Assembly (NCBI GenBank): GCA_023435745.1
Contig: JAEZMD010000003.1
Span: 29,923 to 93,922 of the forward strand
DNA length: 64,000 nt
Reading direction: 5' to 3'
DNA from: Bacillota bacterium
Lineage (GTDB): Bacteria; Bacillota; Clostridia; Acetivibrionales; DTU013
Shown here: in pieces, positions 38,028-47,372 of the stretch
Layout of the letters: each line of letters begins with the position of its first letter
Numbering within the stretch: the stretch's first letter is position 1
Position numbers and translations under genes: made by a program
Notes under the pieces: generated by a model
What the model was told of the DNA's origin: nothing
What the model saw: only the letters and a program-made list of their open reading frames with translations
Database searches by the model: none

Positions 38028-38127
38028 AAATAGTTACTATTCGTGTAAAATATTTGAATTCTTTTTATCCCGGCCATAAGCTAGTATTTATTTTAGATGC
38101 TATTTATATTATGAAGGAGGAAAATTT

Positions 38128-39486
38128 ATGAAAAAGAGTGCCCTTAGGATTCTCAGCATTCTGTTGAGTGTAATGCTGATTATTGGACTGGTTGCCTGCC
38201 AGAAAAACCAGCCGGCCGATAACAATGCTCCGGTGGATGAGGTCACAGACGTTCCTGAAGATAAGACGCCGGCAGAACCTGAGCCTGCCGAACCGGAAGT
38301 TGCAGAGCCGGTTACTTTGAAGCTCTGGCATATGTTCGTATCTGACGGAGACGGAAATAAAAAACCCTTCGAAGCCGTTTTGAAGCACGCGGGAGAACAG
38401 CTTTCCGATGTAAAGCTTGAAATCGACGGTGTTGACAACGAATCCTACAAGACAAAGATCAAGACTGCTATTGCAGCAAATGACGCTCCGGATATATTCT
38501 TTACATGGGCGGCAGGTTTTTCGAAGCCGTTTGTTGATTCGGGGAAGGTGCTCTGCCTGGATGAATATCTCGGCGATATCAATGATAAACTGCTACCGGG
38601 AATTACAACCAATATGACTTATGACGGCAAGGTATATGGCCTGCCCTTCCAGATGCAGGTCGGAGCGCTGTTTTGCAACAAGGAGCTGTTTGATAACAAT
38701 GGTGTTAAGATTCCCGAAACTTATGCGGAACTGCTTGCCGCAATCAAAACCTTCAATGAAAAGGGGATCACTCCCATGACCTGCGGCGCTGCTGATAAAT
38801 GGCCTTCAATGTGGTACTATGACATCATAGCTCTGCGTACGGCGGGTGCACAGCTCTGCAACGACGCTCTTCTCAAGAAGGCGCCCTTCAATTCCCCCGA
38901 ATTCACTGATGCCGCAGCCAAAATGAAGGAACTGGCAGATGCAGGCGCTTTCGGCAAGAATGCACTGGGAACCTCATGGGATGAAGCCCAGATAGCATTT
39001 GCAGAGGGAAAGGCGGCCATGATCTATAACGGTAACTGGGTAGCCGGGCTTGCGGAAGGTGAGACCTCCAAAGTTAAGGGTAAGGTAGTTGCAGTAAGAT
39101 TCCCGCTGATAGACGGCGGCAAGGGTACAATGACGGAATACTTCGGCGGATCGGGAGACGGCTTCATGGTCGGCGCGAACACTGTTGACAAGGAAAAAGC
39201 TGTCAAGACCGTTAAGTTCATATGTGAGGATATGGCGAAAGAGTCCTATCTGGCCGGTTCAGGTATGCCCGGCTGGAAGGTAGACGTTGATGATTCGCAG
39301 GTTTCACCGCTGATCAAAGAGCTCGTCACCATGACAAAAGACGCTACCGGATGGGTTCTCTGGTGGGATGTATTCCTCGAAGGCGCCGACGCCGATACTC
39401 ACAAGAATCTTGCTACCGAAGTACTTGCAGGAACCAAGACTCCTGAAGAATATTCGGCTGAAATGCAGAAGCTCAGCGAGAAATAA
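38128..39486 (+). CDS. CUT1-family sugar ABC solute-binding lipoprotein
   Basis: GGAGGA RBS and lipoprotein signal MKKSALRILSILLSVMLIIGLVAC. 452 aa, typical family-1 SBP, followed by MalF/MalG-type permeases. Confidence 0.9.
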   Translation: MKKSALRILSILLSVMLIIGLVACQKNQPADNNAPVDEVTDVPEDKTPAEPEPAEPEVAEPVTLKLWHMFVSDGDGNKKPFEAVLKHAGEQLSDVKLEIDGVDNESYKTKIKTAIAANDAPDIFFTWAAGFSKPFVDSGKVLCLDEYLGDINDKLLPGITTNMTYDGKVYGLPFQMQVGALFCNKELFDNNGVKIPETYAELLAAIKTFNEKGITPMTCGAADKWPSMWYYDIIALRTAGAQLCNDALLKKAPFNSPEFTDAAAKMKELADAGAFGKNALGTSWDEAQIAFAEGKAAMIYNGNWVAGLAEGETSKVKGKVVAVRFPLIDGGKGTMTEYFGGSGDGFMVGANTVDKEKAVKTVKFICEDMAKESYLAGSGMPGWKVDVDDSQVSPLIKELVTMTKDATGWVLWWDVFLEGADADTHKNLATEVLAGTKTPEEYSAEMQKLSEK

Positions 39487-39547
39487 TCAGGTTACCAATC
39501 AGATTTAAGTAAGTTATCAATCAAATTACAGTATGAAGTAGAGCCGA

Positions 39548-39570
39548 CGGTCGTGGGTTTCCCGCGGCCG
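39548..39570 (+). terminator. GC-rich intercistronic hairpin (partial terminator or mRNA stabiliser) between SBP and permease genes
   Basis: CGGTCGTGGG / CCCGCGGCCG forms a 10-bp stem with two G-U pairs and loop TTT, followed by CCGGTTTAT. The U-tract is weak. Confidence 0.35.
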
Positions 39571-39671
39571 CCGGTTTATAACAAGGCGGCAAAACATCCG
39601 CTACATCTACAGATGGTGTGGCGTAACAAATAAGCCGCATGCAGCGCAATAACGGGGAACGCGGAGGTAAA

Positions 39672-40556
39672 ATGAACAGGGTTCTTGGAGATAGAAAAGC
39701 GATCTGTGTATTTGTATTACCGGCATTGATTGTATTTCTGGCAATCGTTGTTACACCGGTTTTCATGTCGGGCTATTACAGTCTGCTTGAATGGGACGGT
39801 ATAGGGAAGAGCACGTTTGTGGGCATGGAGAATTATGTAAAATTATTCACGGATTCTTCAACCAATTTCATAAAGGCGATAGGCAATTCCTTTATCCTGG
39901 CCGGACTTTCGATACTGATTCAGCTTCCGGTCGCCATGATATTGGCGCTAATACTTGCACGGGGCATAAAGCTGGAAAACTTTTACCGAACAGTATACTT
40001 TATACCTGTGATCATTTCAACCGTAGTTATTGGGCAACTGTGGAGAAAGGTATATCATTACGACTACGGACTGCTAAACAGTCTTTTCAAGGGCATCGGG
40101 CTGCAAGCGCATCAGCAGGAGTGGCTTGGCAATATGGATACTGCGCTTATGGCTGTTTTGGTGCCGATTATATGGCAATATATGGGGTATCACCTGCTGC
40201 TTTTCTATTCGGCGGCAAAATCCGTACCCGTTGAACTGAATGAAGCTGCGATGCTGGACGGCGCCTCAGGCTTCAAGACATCACTTTTTATTACTATACC
40301 GATGATAAGACCAATGATAAATGTTTGTGTGACTTTTTCACTGATAGGATCGCTGAAGGTCTTCGACCTCATATATGTCCTGACGAACGGCGGACCTGTG
40401 CATTCTACGGAAGTTCCAAGCACACTTATGTTCAATACCATATTTTCCAGATACCAGTACGGCTATGGCAGTTCAATGGCCATTTTCATAATAGTCGAGT
40501 GTCTTTTGCTCACGGTATTGATACAAAGAATGTTCAAATCTGATAATGCGGCATAG
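39672..40556 (+). CDS. sugar ABC permease (MalF/UgpA-like)
   Basis: GGAGG RBS before ATG 39672 (MNRVLGDRKAICVFVLPALIVFL..). Six TM helices and an EAA-type loop (AAKSVPVELNEAAMLDGASGFKT). Confidence 0.9.
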   Translation: MNRVLGDRKAICVFVLPALIVFLAIVVTPVFMSGYYSLLEWDGIGKSTFVGMENYVKLFTDSSTNFIKAIGNSFILAGLSILIQLPVAMILALILARGIKLENFYRTVYFIPVIISTVVIGQLWRKVYHYDYGLLNSLFKGIGLQAHQQEWLGNMDTALMAVLVPIIWQYMGYHLLLFYSAAKSVPVELNEAAMLDGASGFKTSLFITIPMIRPMINVCVTFSLIGSLKVFDLIYVLTNGGPVHSTEVPSTLMFNTIFSRYQYGYGSSMAIFIIVECLLLTVLIQRMFKSDNAA

Positions 40557-40603
40557 CTTGGTTAAAATTAGACAATGCCTTGATGACAGGGAATGAAAGG
40601 ATC

Positions 40604-41488
40604 ATGATGAATACGGAGATAAAAAAGATCGTTGCCGATACCGAAATGAACAGGTATATTTATAAAAACAAATTAAAATCAGCCATTATCAATATCGTGA
40701 TCATGGTTATCGCTCTTGTGCAGATGTATCCTCTTGTCTGGCTTCTGCTGTTTTCTCTCAAGGACAACAGCGAGATTTTCGGCGAGAACATCGTCGGGCT
40801 GCCGCGGCGTTTCCTGTGGCAGAATTATGCGGACGCATTGTCACAGGGCAATGTTGGACGGTATCTAATTAATAGTATAATCGTTACCGGAATAACAATT
40901 CTTCTATCGGGAGTGTTAGGCGTAAGCGCTTCCTATGCAATAGCCAGAATGAAGTGGAAGCTGAGGAAACCGGTGCTTGTCGTTTTCCTGATGGGCATGA
41001 TGGTGCCGCTGCATGCAGCTTTGCTGCCCCTGTTCCTGATATTGAAAAATTTGAAGCTGTACAACACCTATTGGGCTCTGATCGTACCCTATACGGCATT
41101 TGCGCTGTCCATGGGCATATTTGTGTTTGTGGGATTCTTGCAAAGCCTCCCAAAGGAGCTTGAGGAATCTGCTCTTATCGATGGATGCTCAATTTACAGG
41201 GCATTTGTCAGTATCATCCTTCCACTCATCAAGCCGGCGATAGCCACTGTTTCCATATTCACATATCTTTCTGCCTGGAATGAGCTGATGTTTGCCATCC
41301 AGTTCATAAGCAAGCAGGAATATAAGACCCTCACTGTCGGAATCATGGCGATGGTTGGTCAGTATTCCACCAACTGGGGGCCTATCGGGGCTGGTCTGGT
41401 GATTGCGACGGCGCCTACTCTCGTCATCTATATCCTGATGAGCAAGCAGGTTCAGAAGAGCTTCATAACCGGCGCCGTAAAGGGCTAA
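40604..41488 (+). CDS. sugar ABC permease (MalG/UgpE-like)
   Basis: EAA-type loop LQSLPKELEESALIDGCSIYRAF and six TM helices. Start is uncertain (40583, 40604 or 40607). Confidence 0.9.
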   Translation: MMNTEIKKIVADTEMNRYIYKNKLKSAIINIVIMVIALVQMYPLVWLLLFSLKDNSEIFGENIVGLPRRFLWQNYADALSQGNVGRYLINSIIVTGITILLSGVLGVSASYAIARMKWKLRKPVLVVFLMGMMVPLHAALLPLFLILKNLKLYNTYWALIVPYTAFALSMGIFVFVGFLQSLPKELEESALIDGCSIYRAFVSIILPLIKPAIATVSIFTYLSAWNELMFAIQFISKQEYKTLTVGIMAMVGQYSTNWGPIGAGLVIATAPTLVIYILMSKQVQKSFITGAVKG

Positions 41489-41685
41489 GGGGTGATGGGG
41501 ATTCCATAACTGATGGAATCACTAAACTCACCCTCGAATCTTGTGTCAATGATATTGAGGTCGCTGCCCTCTTCTATTTTCTTTTGCAGCTGCGCAGGAG
41601 AGAGTAGCTTTATGCCCCTGTTAATGGCATTGTCCAGAATCATGCCGGTATACATGCGTGCCAAGGCCTGAAACAATACGTTCAT
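41485..41685 (-). pseudogene. remnant of a rhodanese-domain gene (possibly the C-terminal junction of a CoA-disulfide-reductase/NADH-oxidase-rhodanese fusion)
   Basis: The 66-aa ORF ..GMILDNAINRGIKLLSPAQLQKKIEEGSDLNIIDTRFEGEF.. reads like the start of a rhodanese domain. It breaks off before the active-site loop and runs into the 3' end of the permease gene. A stop lies two codons upstream of its ATG. Confidence 0.4.
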
Positions 41686-42013
41686 GCATCATGAGGACGC
41701 TTTGTATTACAAACTGCTCAAACGATGTCGACAAGCCAATGGAGAATTTGGAATCAAAGTATAAAGATCATATAATTTTTCCTTTATTTTATGTATATTA
41801 TTTAATAAAGTGAAAGCGTATAATTAAAGATGAAATATCAAAGGACCAAGTAGTAAATGCGTTAGGAAACAGTGTAGGAGCAATACATCTTCAGGGTGCT
41901 ATGTTAAATAACAGAAAAAAGTCAAAATAGTTATGAAACAGTGAACATAATATTTCCAGCCGATGGATATTGGGATACAGGCGTGTGCCGTTCTTGAAAA
42001 GTTGGAGGTTAGT

Positions 42014-44329
42014 GTGCATAATAAACAATATAGCCGCTATTTTGTAAAGATGTTTTTATACACTGCCGCATTATTTATAATTGCTGTAGTGGCGATATTC
42101 GGGATTTTTTACAATAGCACACAAAAAAGCATGCAGGAACAGGTTACCACTTTAAGTATGGAAACATTAAGGCAATCTACACATGCTATTGACACATTCC
42201 TTACAGAGGTCGTTAATGAATCTCTGCCTCTGATTTATGATAATGATATTAATCAGTACATTAATGGCGCAAAGGACGGAGAAGTAAGCAGGGAACTAAG
42301 AATTATCGATAAGGTCAATTCAGTAAAGCTGCTGAAAGATTCCATATCCAATATATATGTTTATTCGGCAAAAAAAAGCGCGTTATTGGATACTCGAGGG
42401 AAATGGTACATAAAGGGTTTTTATGATACAGAGTGGATAAAGTATATGGAGAACGATCCGTCAAAACTATACTGGCTTGAGACAAGAAAAGTAAATAATC
42501 CTTATTCAAAGGTCTATAGAAAAGCATTTTCTTTATTCAAAATTTTTTCGAAAGACGGAAAAATTGCAGGGGCTCTTCTTATTAATATAGAAGAGGACAA
42601 GATTCTTAAACTGATTAATAATGCAGATTCCAATTGGGAAGAATATTATTTTATCGTTGATGAGCAGGGAAATGTAATTACAAGCAGTAATGCTATAGCT
42701 ACAGGTAATAGAGACCGAATCAAAGATATAACAGAAGGGCTTGAATTTATGGCGGATAAGGGTTCATACAGATACGCCGATATTGAAAATCCCATGTATG
42801 TAATGTATACGACATCCAATGTTACAGGATGGAAAATTGTTAAGGTGGTATCTATTAATCATCTGTTTTCTAGAATAAATGCTACGGTTGCTTTACTAAT
42901 AAAAGTATCTATATTTGTATTAATTCTTGGCATAATGATTTCTCTGATTATTTCAAGAAAGCTGTCAACTCCATTGATCAATCTTGTATATACAGTGAAA
43001 AGCCTGGTGAAGAGTGAAGACAGCATATATGTAAAGGATGAGGTTAATTATCTTGATACGGTGTTTAGCAGTATTATTGTAAGAAATAAAGATCTTGAAA
43101 GTGTTTATAATGAAAATCTGCCAATATTACGTGACAGAGCTGTTAAAAACCTTTTGATGAGGCCTATGGAGATGAATAACCTTCATACCCTTAAAAAATT
43201 GGCTTTTTTGAAAGCTGATATTTTTTCAGGCTTTTACAGAGTGATGATAGCAGAGCTTGAATATAGTGACGACACTACCGCGGCCAGAGTGGGCAAAGAA
43301 TTAACAGAAATTGAGATAAGGAACAGTATAGAGAGAGAGTTTGATGAGTGCAAACTTTTGTTTACTGAAATTGATAATGATCTGATTGCCATTTTGGTTA
43401 CATACGATCATATGTATGATTCTGTAGGCGGCGAAGATATTGAAAAATGTCAGAACATTATTAATGCGATTTTTGATGAATTCAATGTCTCTATAACCAT
43501 AGGTCTCGGAAAGGTTTACGATGACATAGCGAAAGTTAGGGCTTCATGTGAGGAAGCAAAGGAGGCACTAAACTATCAAATTGTTACTGGTGAAAAGAAG
43601 CCTATATACTACGAAGATGTGTGTGGCCATGGAGAGGTACATAGAATAAATTATCCTATTAAAGAAGAAAAGCTTTTGATAAATGGTTTAAAGACGAACG
43701 ATATTGAAACGGTCGAAAAATCAATTTGTTCAATATTTAATTATTATAAAAGCGGATGGGTTAACGCTGTTGATCAGGTAACAAATCAAATCTTCCAATT
43801 ATTTATCGTTTCTTTACGCACCATTATGGAAAAGGGGATTGAATTAGATAAAATTTATGGGGAATCCTTTAACCCCTATAGCGAGTTTCAAAAAAATGAT
43901 ATGCTCGATGAAATGAAAGAGTGGCTTCTCAGATTCTATAACGACGTAATCGAATACAATCGCAGACATCAGACATATAAGCATGAGCAGCTCATGCATA
44001 GCGTAATTAAATATATTGAAACCAGTTATGATAAGGAGTTGAGTTTGGAAACTGTAGCTGAAAGTGTGTATTTATCGCCTCAATATTTTAATAAACTGTT
44101 TAAGGACTATACAGGAAGGCCTTTTGGAGATTATCTGGTTAATTACAGACTGAAGAAAGCTTCAGAAATGCTTGAAAGTACAGCGTTACAAGTGAATGAG
44201 ATTGCAGAGGAAACAGGCTTCAATAGTCCTCAGTACTTTACGAGGGCTTTCAGAAAAGTGTATGGCATTTCACCTAATGAGTATAGGAAGAGAGCAGCGA
44301 GCAAGCGTCTTATGGATGAAATATGTTAA
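42014..44329 (+). CDS. membrane-anchored one-component regulator: YesM-like sensor N-terminus fused to YesN-like middle domain and AraC HTH
   Basis: GTG 42014 lies 5 nt after GGAGG. The order is TM helix, extracellular domain of about 270 aa, second TM (ALLIKVSIFVLILGIMISLIIS), and a HAMP-like RKLSTPLINLV segment. These lead directly into LPILRDRAVKNLL.. and a C-terminal AraC HTH (LSPQYFNKLFKDYTG.., YFTRAFRKVYGISPNEYRK). There is no H-box, HATPase or REC domain. Confidence 0.8.
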   Translation: MHNKQYSRYFVKMFLYTAALFIIAVVAIFGIFYNSTQKSMQEQVTTLSMETLRQSTHAIDTFLTEVVNESLPLIYDNDINQYINGAKDGEVSRELRIIDKVNSVKLLKDSISNIYVYSAKKSALLDTRGKWYIKGFYDTEWIKYMENDPSKLYWLETRKVNNPYSKVYRKAFSLFKIFSKDGKIAGALLINIEEDKILKLINNADSNWEEYYFIVDEQGNVITSSNAIATGNRDRIKDITEGLEFMADKGSYRYADIENPMYVMYTTSNVTGWKIVKVVSINHLFSRINATVALLIKVSIFVLILGIMISLIISRKLSTPLINLVYTVKSLVKSEDSIYVKDEVNYLDTVFSSIIVRNKDLESVYNENLPILRDRAVKNLLMRPMEMNNLHTLKKLAFLKADIFSGFYRVMIAELEYSDDTTAARVGKELTEIEIRNSIEREFDECKLLFTEIDNDLIAILVTYDHMYDSVGGEDIEKCQNIINAIFDEFNVSITIGLGKVYDDIAKVRASCEEAKEALNYQIVTGEKKPIYYEDVCGHGEVHRINYPIKEEKLLINGLKTNDIETVEKSICSIFNYYKSGWVNAVDQVTNQIFQLFIVSLRTIMEKGIELDKIYGESFNPYSEFQKNDMLDEMKEWLLRFYNDVIEYNRRHQTYKHEQLMHSVIKYIETSYDKELSLETVAESVYLSPQYFNKLFKDYTGRPFGDYLVNYRLKKASEMLESTALQVNEIAEETGFNSPQYFTRAFRKVYGISPNEYRKRAASKRLMDEIC

Positions 44330-44335
44330 TAATGG

Positions 44336-45286
44336 CTAATAGCTTTCAAGACACTTCCGATATTCAGACGGAGTCATCTTTTTCTCATTCTTAAAGCTTC
44401 GGCTGAAATGACCGGCTGAACTATAGTTAAGTATAGCAGCGATTTCATTTATGGACTTACCGGTGCTTCTGAGATATTCACAGCTTTTCATGATTTTAAG
44501 CTTATAAAAATACTGGCCAAGAGTCAGACCTGTCTTATGCTTAAAATATGCACATAAATAGATTGAGCTGTAATTTGTATATGCTGCAAGATCTGCAAGG
44601 GAAAGACTATCATAAACCTTGCTTTGGAGGTATTGTATGATACGTTCGAGCAATTCTTCGCCTTTTTTAATTTCAGGGCTGATATCCTGAAGGAAAGTAA
44701 TTGAAAGGTAAAAATCCCAGAAAAATTTTGAGAAATAGTTAAACCAATTACGGCGTTCATCAACATAATTTTCTTTAAATGAGTTTATTTCAAGGAATTT
44801 AAGCTTTCCCAAAGCATTCGAAAATGAATTTATTGAAAGCAAGATTTTGTCCCAGAGAAGCTGCTCATATGTAAAATAAATATCTTTCACTTTGAAATCG
44901 AAAATATCCTGCAGCTTTGCTGTTTCTGCTATTTTTTCAATTGCATCATTTTGTACATTATTCATTAGGTATTGAGTAATGAAGCCCTTTTCGCATTTAT
45001 TTACGTCCAGAAGATAGAAATTGAAGGTGTAATAGGTAAAGCCCTCATTGGAGGAGAAAATATGCTTTTCGTTGGGATTGATTAAAAATATATTTTTTAC
45101 CTGCAATGGATATTTTGACGTATCGTTTTCTAATATCCCGCTGCCTTCAGTTACAAACATCATATGATATACGGGATGGATATGAAAACGCGTAAGCACG
45201 TTTTTCCCAACGGTAGTATAGTTTGAACATATCGGAATCAAATAGTACTCAGTATTCGTTTTGTTTGAGAAAAAAGTAATATTCAT
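44336..45286 (-). CDS. AraC-family transcriptional regulator (cupin-like N-terminal domain + HTH)
   Basis: N-terminal segment HIHPVYHMMFVTEGSG..INPNEKHIF. C-terminal HTH LSLADLAAYTNYSSIYLCAYFKHKTG.. and GHFSRSFKNEKKMTPSEYRK. It is divergent from the oxidoreductase operon. Confidence 0.85.
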   Translation of the reverse strand: MNITFFSNKTNTEYYLIPICSNYTTVGKNVLTRFHIHPVYHMMFVTEGSGILENDTSKYPLQVKNIFLINPNEKHIFSSNEGFTYYTFNFYLLDVNKCEKGFITQYLMNNVQNDAIEKIAETAKLQDIFDFKVKDIYFTYEQLLWDKILLSINSFSNALGKLKFLEINSFKENYVDERRNWFNYFSKFFWDFYLSITFLQDISPEIKKGEELLERIIQYLQSKVYDSLSLADLAAYTNYSSIYLCAYFKHKTGLTLGQYFYKLKIMKSCEYLRSTGKSINEIAAILNYSSAGHFSRSFKNEKKMTPSEYRKCLESY

Positions 45287-45474
45287 AATCTAATTATATA
45301 TAAAAAATTTTTTTTTTCAATATTGCCAAATTTCCATTCCACTTAGCAGCCGATAAGCGCGTATGATATGGAGCAAGAGTTGACGATATTTATTAAATAC
45401 AAATCAAAATAAAATAATCCCCATTTGCAACGATGTAATATTAATATGGTATAAATTAAACTTAATCAGGTACA

Positions 45475-45502
45475 TTTACTTCCGATGGAGATATCTTATA
45501 AT
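45475..45502 (+). promoter_or_regulatory. sigma-A-like promoter of the TIM-barrel/oxidoreductase operon
   Basis: TTTACT (45475..45480), 16-nt spacer, perfect TATAAT (45497..45502), about 50 nt upstream of ATG 45555. Confidence 0.35.
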
Positions 45503-45554
45503 TGTTTACATAGAATGGTTCTCCAAAATGAAAAATGTAAGGGGTGCAACAATA

Positions 45555-46349
45555 ATGTCAAATCGGGACTTTTCATTTTATGTGTTTACAAAGCCATGGA
45601 AGACGCAGTCCATTGATGAACTTGGAAAATTTATCAGTGGTCTGGGATTCGATGGTATTGAATTTCCGCTGAGGGAGGGCTACCAGATAGAGCCGGCAAA
45701 TGCTGAAAAAGGGCTTCCTCAATTGGTCAAACAGTTGGGTGAATATGGATTGAAGGTGAATAGTGTCGCAAGTACGACAGATGAAAAGGTGTTTGCCGGT
45801 TGTGCGGCGGCAGGGATTCCCGTCATCAGGATTATGGCGAGAAATAATCTGAATACCAGCTATATGGAAGCCATTGAAAAAAAGAAGAAAGAAATTGAAA
45901 GTATTATTCCTTTGTGTGAAAAATATGGCATTAAGGTAGGGGTACAGCATCATTATGGCCCAGGTGTGAATAATTCCATGGAACTGCGGCATCTGGTGGG
46001 AGAGTTTGACCCAAAATACATAGGAGCCATCTGGGATGCCGCACATAGCGGACTGGCCGGAGAAGAGCCCGAGCAGGGATTGGACATTGTATGGTCCCAT
46101 CTATGCATGGTCAATTTAAAAAATGCATTTTATAAGCGTGTGAGCGGACCGGAAGCAAAAACAGCCGAATGGGAACGTTACTTTACTACAGGCAAGCATG
46201 GCCTTGCATCGTGGACCAGAGTATCTGACTATTTAAAGAGCAGACAGTATAAAGGCGCGATCTGTCTGACGGCGGAATACTCTGACGAAGAACAGGTAGA
46301 GAGACTGATAGCGGAAGATATTGTATACGCAAAATCATTATTTGAATAA
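45555..46349 (+). CDS. xylose-isomerase-like TIM-barrel protein (sugar phosphate isomerase/epimerase family)
   Basis: ..GFDGIEFPLREGYQIEP.., IKVGVQHHYG and IWDAAHSG show the AP_endonuc_2-type metal-ligand pattern. AAGGGG RBS lies before ATG 45555. Confidence 0.85.
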   Translation: MSNRDFSFYVFTKPWKTQSIDELGKFISGLGFDGIEFPLREGYQIEPANAEKGLPQLVKQLGEYGLKVNSVASTTDEKVFAGCAAAGIPVIRIMARNNLNTSYMEAIEKKKKEIESIIPLCEKYGIKVGVQHHYGPGVNNSMELRHLVGEFDPKYIGAIWDAAHSGLAGEEPEQGLDIVWSHLCMVNLKNAFYKRVSGPEAKTAEWERYFTTGKHGLASWTRVSDYLKSRQYKGAICLTAEYSDEEQVERLIAEDIVYAKSLFE

Positions 46350-46368
46350 TGGGTAGGAGAGGATGTAT

Positions 46369-47352
46369 ATGAGTAACGGTAAATTCCGTGTGGTAATGAT
46401 TGGTGCCGGTGATAGAGCAAACAAGGTGATTTACCCGGCCTTTGCTTCACTTGAGGATGTGGAGATTGCGGCTATCTGTGATATTGATAAGGACCGGCTG
46501 AACAAAACTGCTGATAAATACGGTGTAGAGAAACGGTATGGCGATTCAGTGTTCGCTTACAGAGAAATGATCTCGGAAGTAAAACCGGATGCGGTGGTTG
46601 CTGTTGGGCAGCCCCATATTATGTATGACATATGGATGTGGTGTCTGGAACAAGGGATGAACCTGTACATTGAAAAACCATTGGCGCTCAGTATCCATCA
46701 GGCGCGTATGCTGGCAGCTATGGCGGAGGAAAAAGGGTGCATTACCCAGGTAAGTTTTCAGCGCCGCTACACTCCAATGATTGAAGCATTAAGGGAAGAA
46801 TGTCTGAAGCGTGGTGCAATCACCCATGCAGTATGCAAATTTTACAAATGTGAAATGCAACCTTTCATGGGGGCAAGAGACCATATGATGGACGATTGCG
46901 TTCACTCAATAGATACTTTGCGCTGGATATGCGGCGGTGAGGTAGTCAAGATTGAAAGCATGACAAAACGCGTGAAGGTTCCCGATATCAATTTCATATC
47001 TGCCACATTGCATTTTGATAACGGTTCTTTGGGGTATCTAATCAACAGCTGGACCAGCGGAAGAAGGATATTTGCGGTTGAAATGCATGCTCCCGGTATA
47101 TGTGTTGAGGCTGAGCATGAGGGAAAAGGATATCTTTACGCAGATGGGGATACTAAAGGGATTGAATTCGATACAAGAGTTGTTTCAGGAAGTCAGGAAT
47201 TTTATATATTCACAGGTGTCAGGGCTGCAGCCCGACAATTTGTAGATTGCTGCAAAAATGGTACACTGCCTGCATCTCATTTCGGCGATGCGCTGAAAAC
47301 AATGGAGGTCGCCGAAAAAATACTGGCTCAGGCAATACTGGACGGGAGATAA
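46369..47352 (+). CDS. Gfo/Idh/MocA-family oxidoreductase
   Basis: Rossmann motif FRVVMIGAGDRANKVIYPA and the EKP motif (NLYIEKPLAL). About 327 aa. Confidence 0.88.
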   Translation: MSNGKFRVVMIGAGDRANKVIYPAFASLEDVEIAAICDIDKDRLNKTADKYGVEKRYGDSVFAYREMISEVKPDAVVAVGQPHIMYDIWMWCLEQGMNLYIEKPLALSIHQARMLAAMAEEKGCITQVSFQRRYTPMIEALREECLKRGAITHAVCKFYKCEMQPFMGARDHMMDDCVHSIDTLRWICGGEVVKIESMTKRVKVPDINFISATLHFDNGSLGYLINSWTSGRRIFAVEMHAPGICVEAEHEGKGYLYADGDTKGIEFDTRVVSGSQEFYIFTGVRAAARQFVDCCKNGTLPASHFGDALKTMEVAEKILAQAILDGR

Positions 47353-47372
47353 GATCGTACAATCAAAGATGA

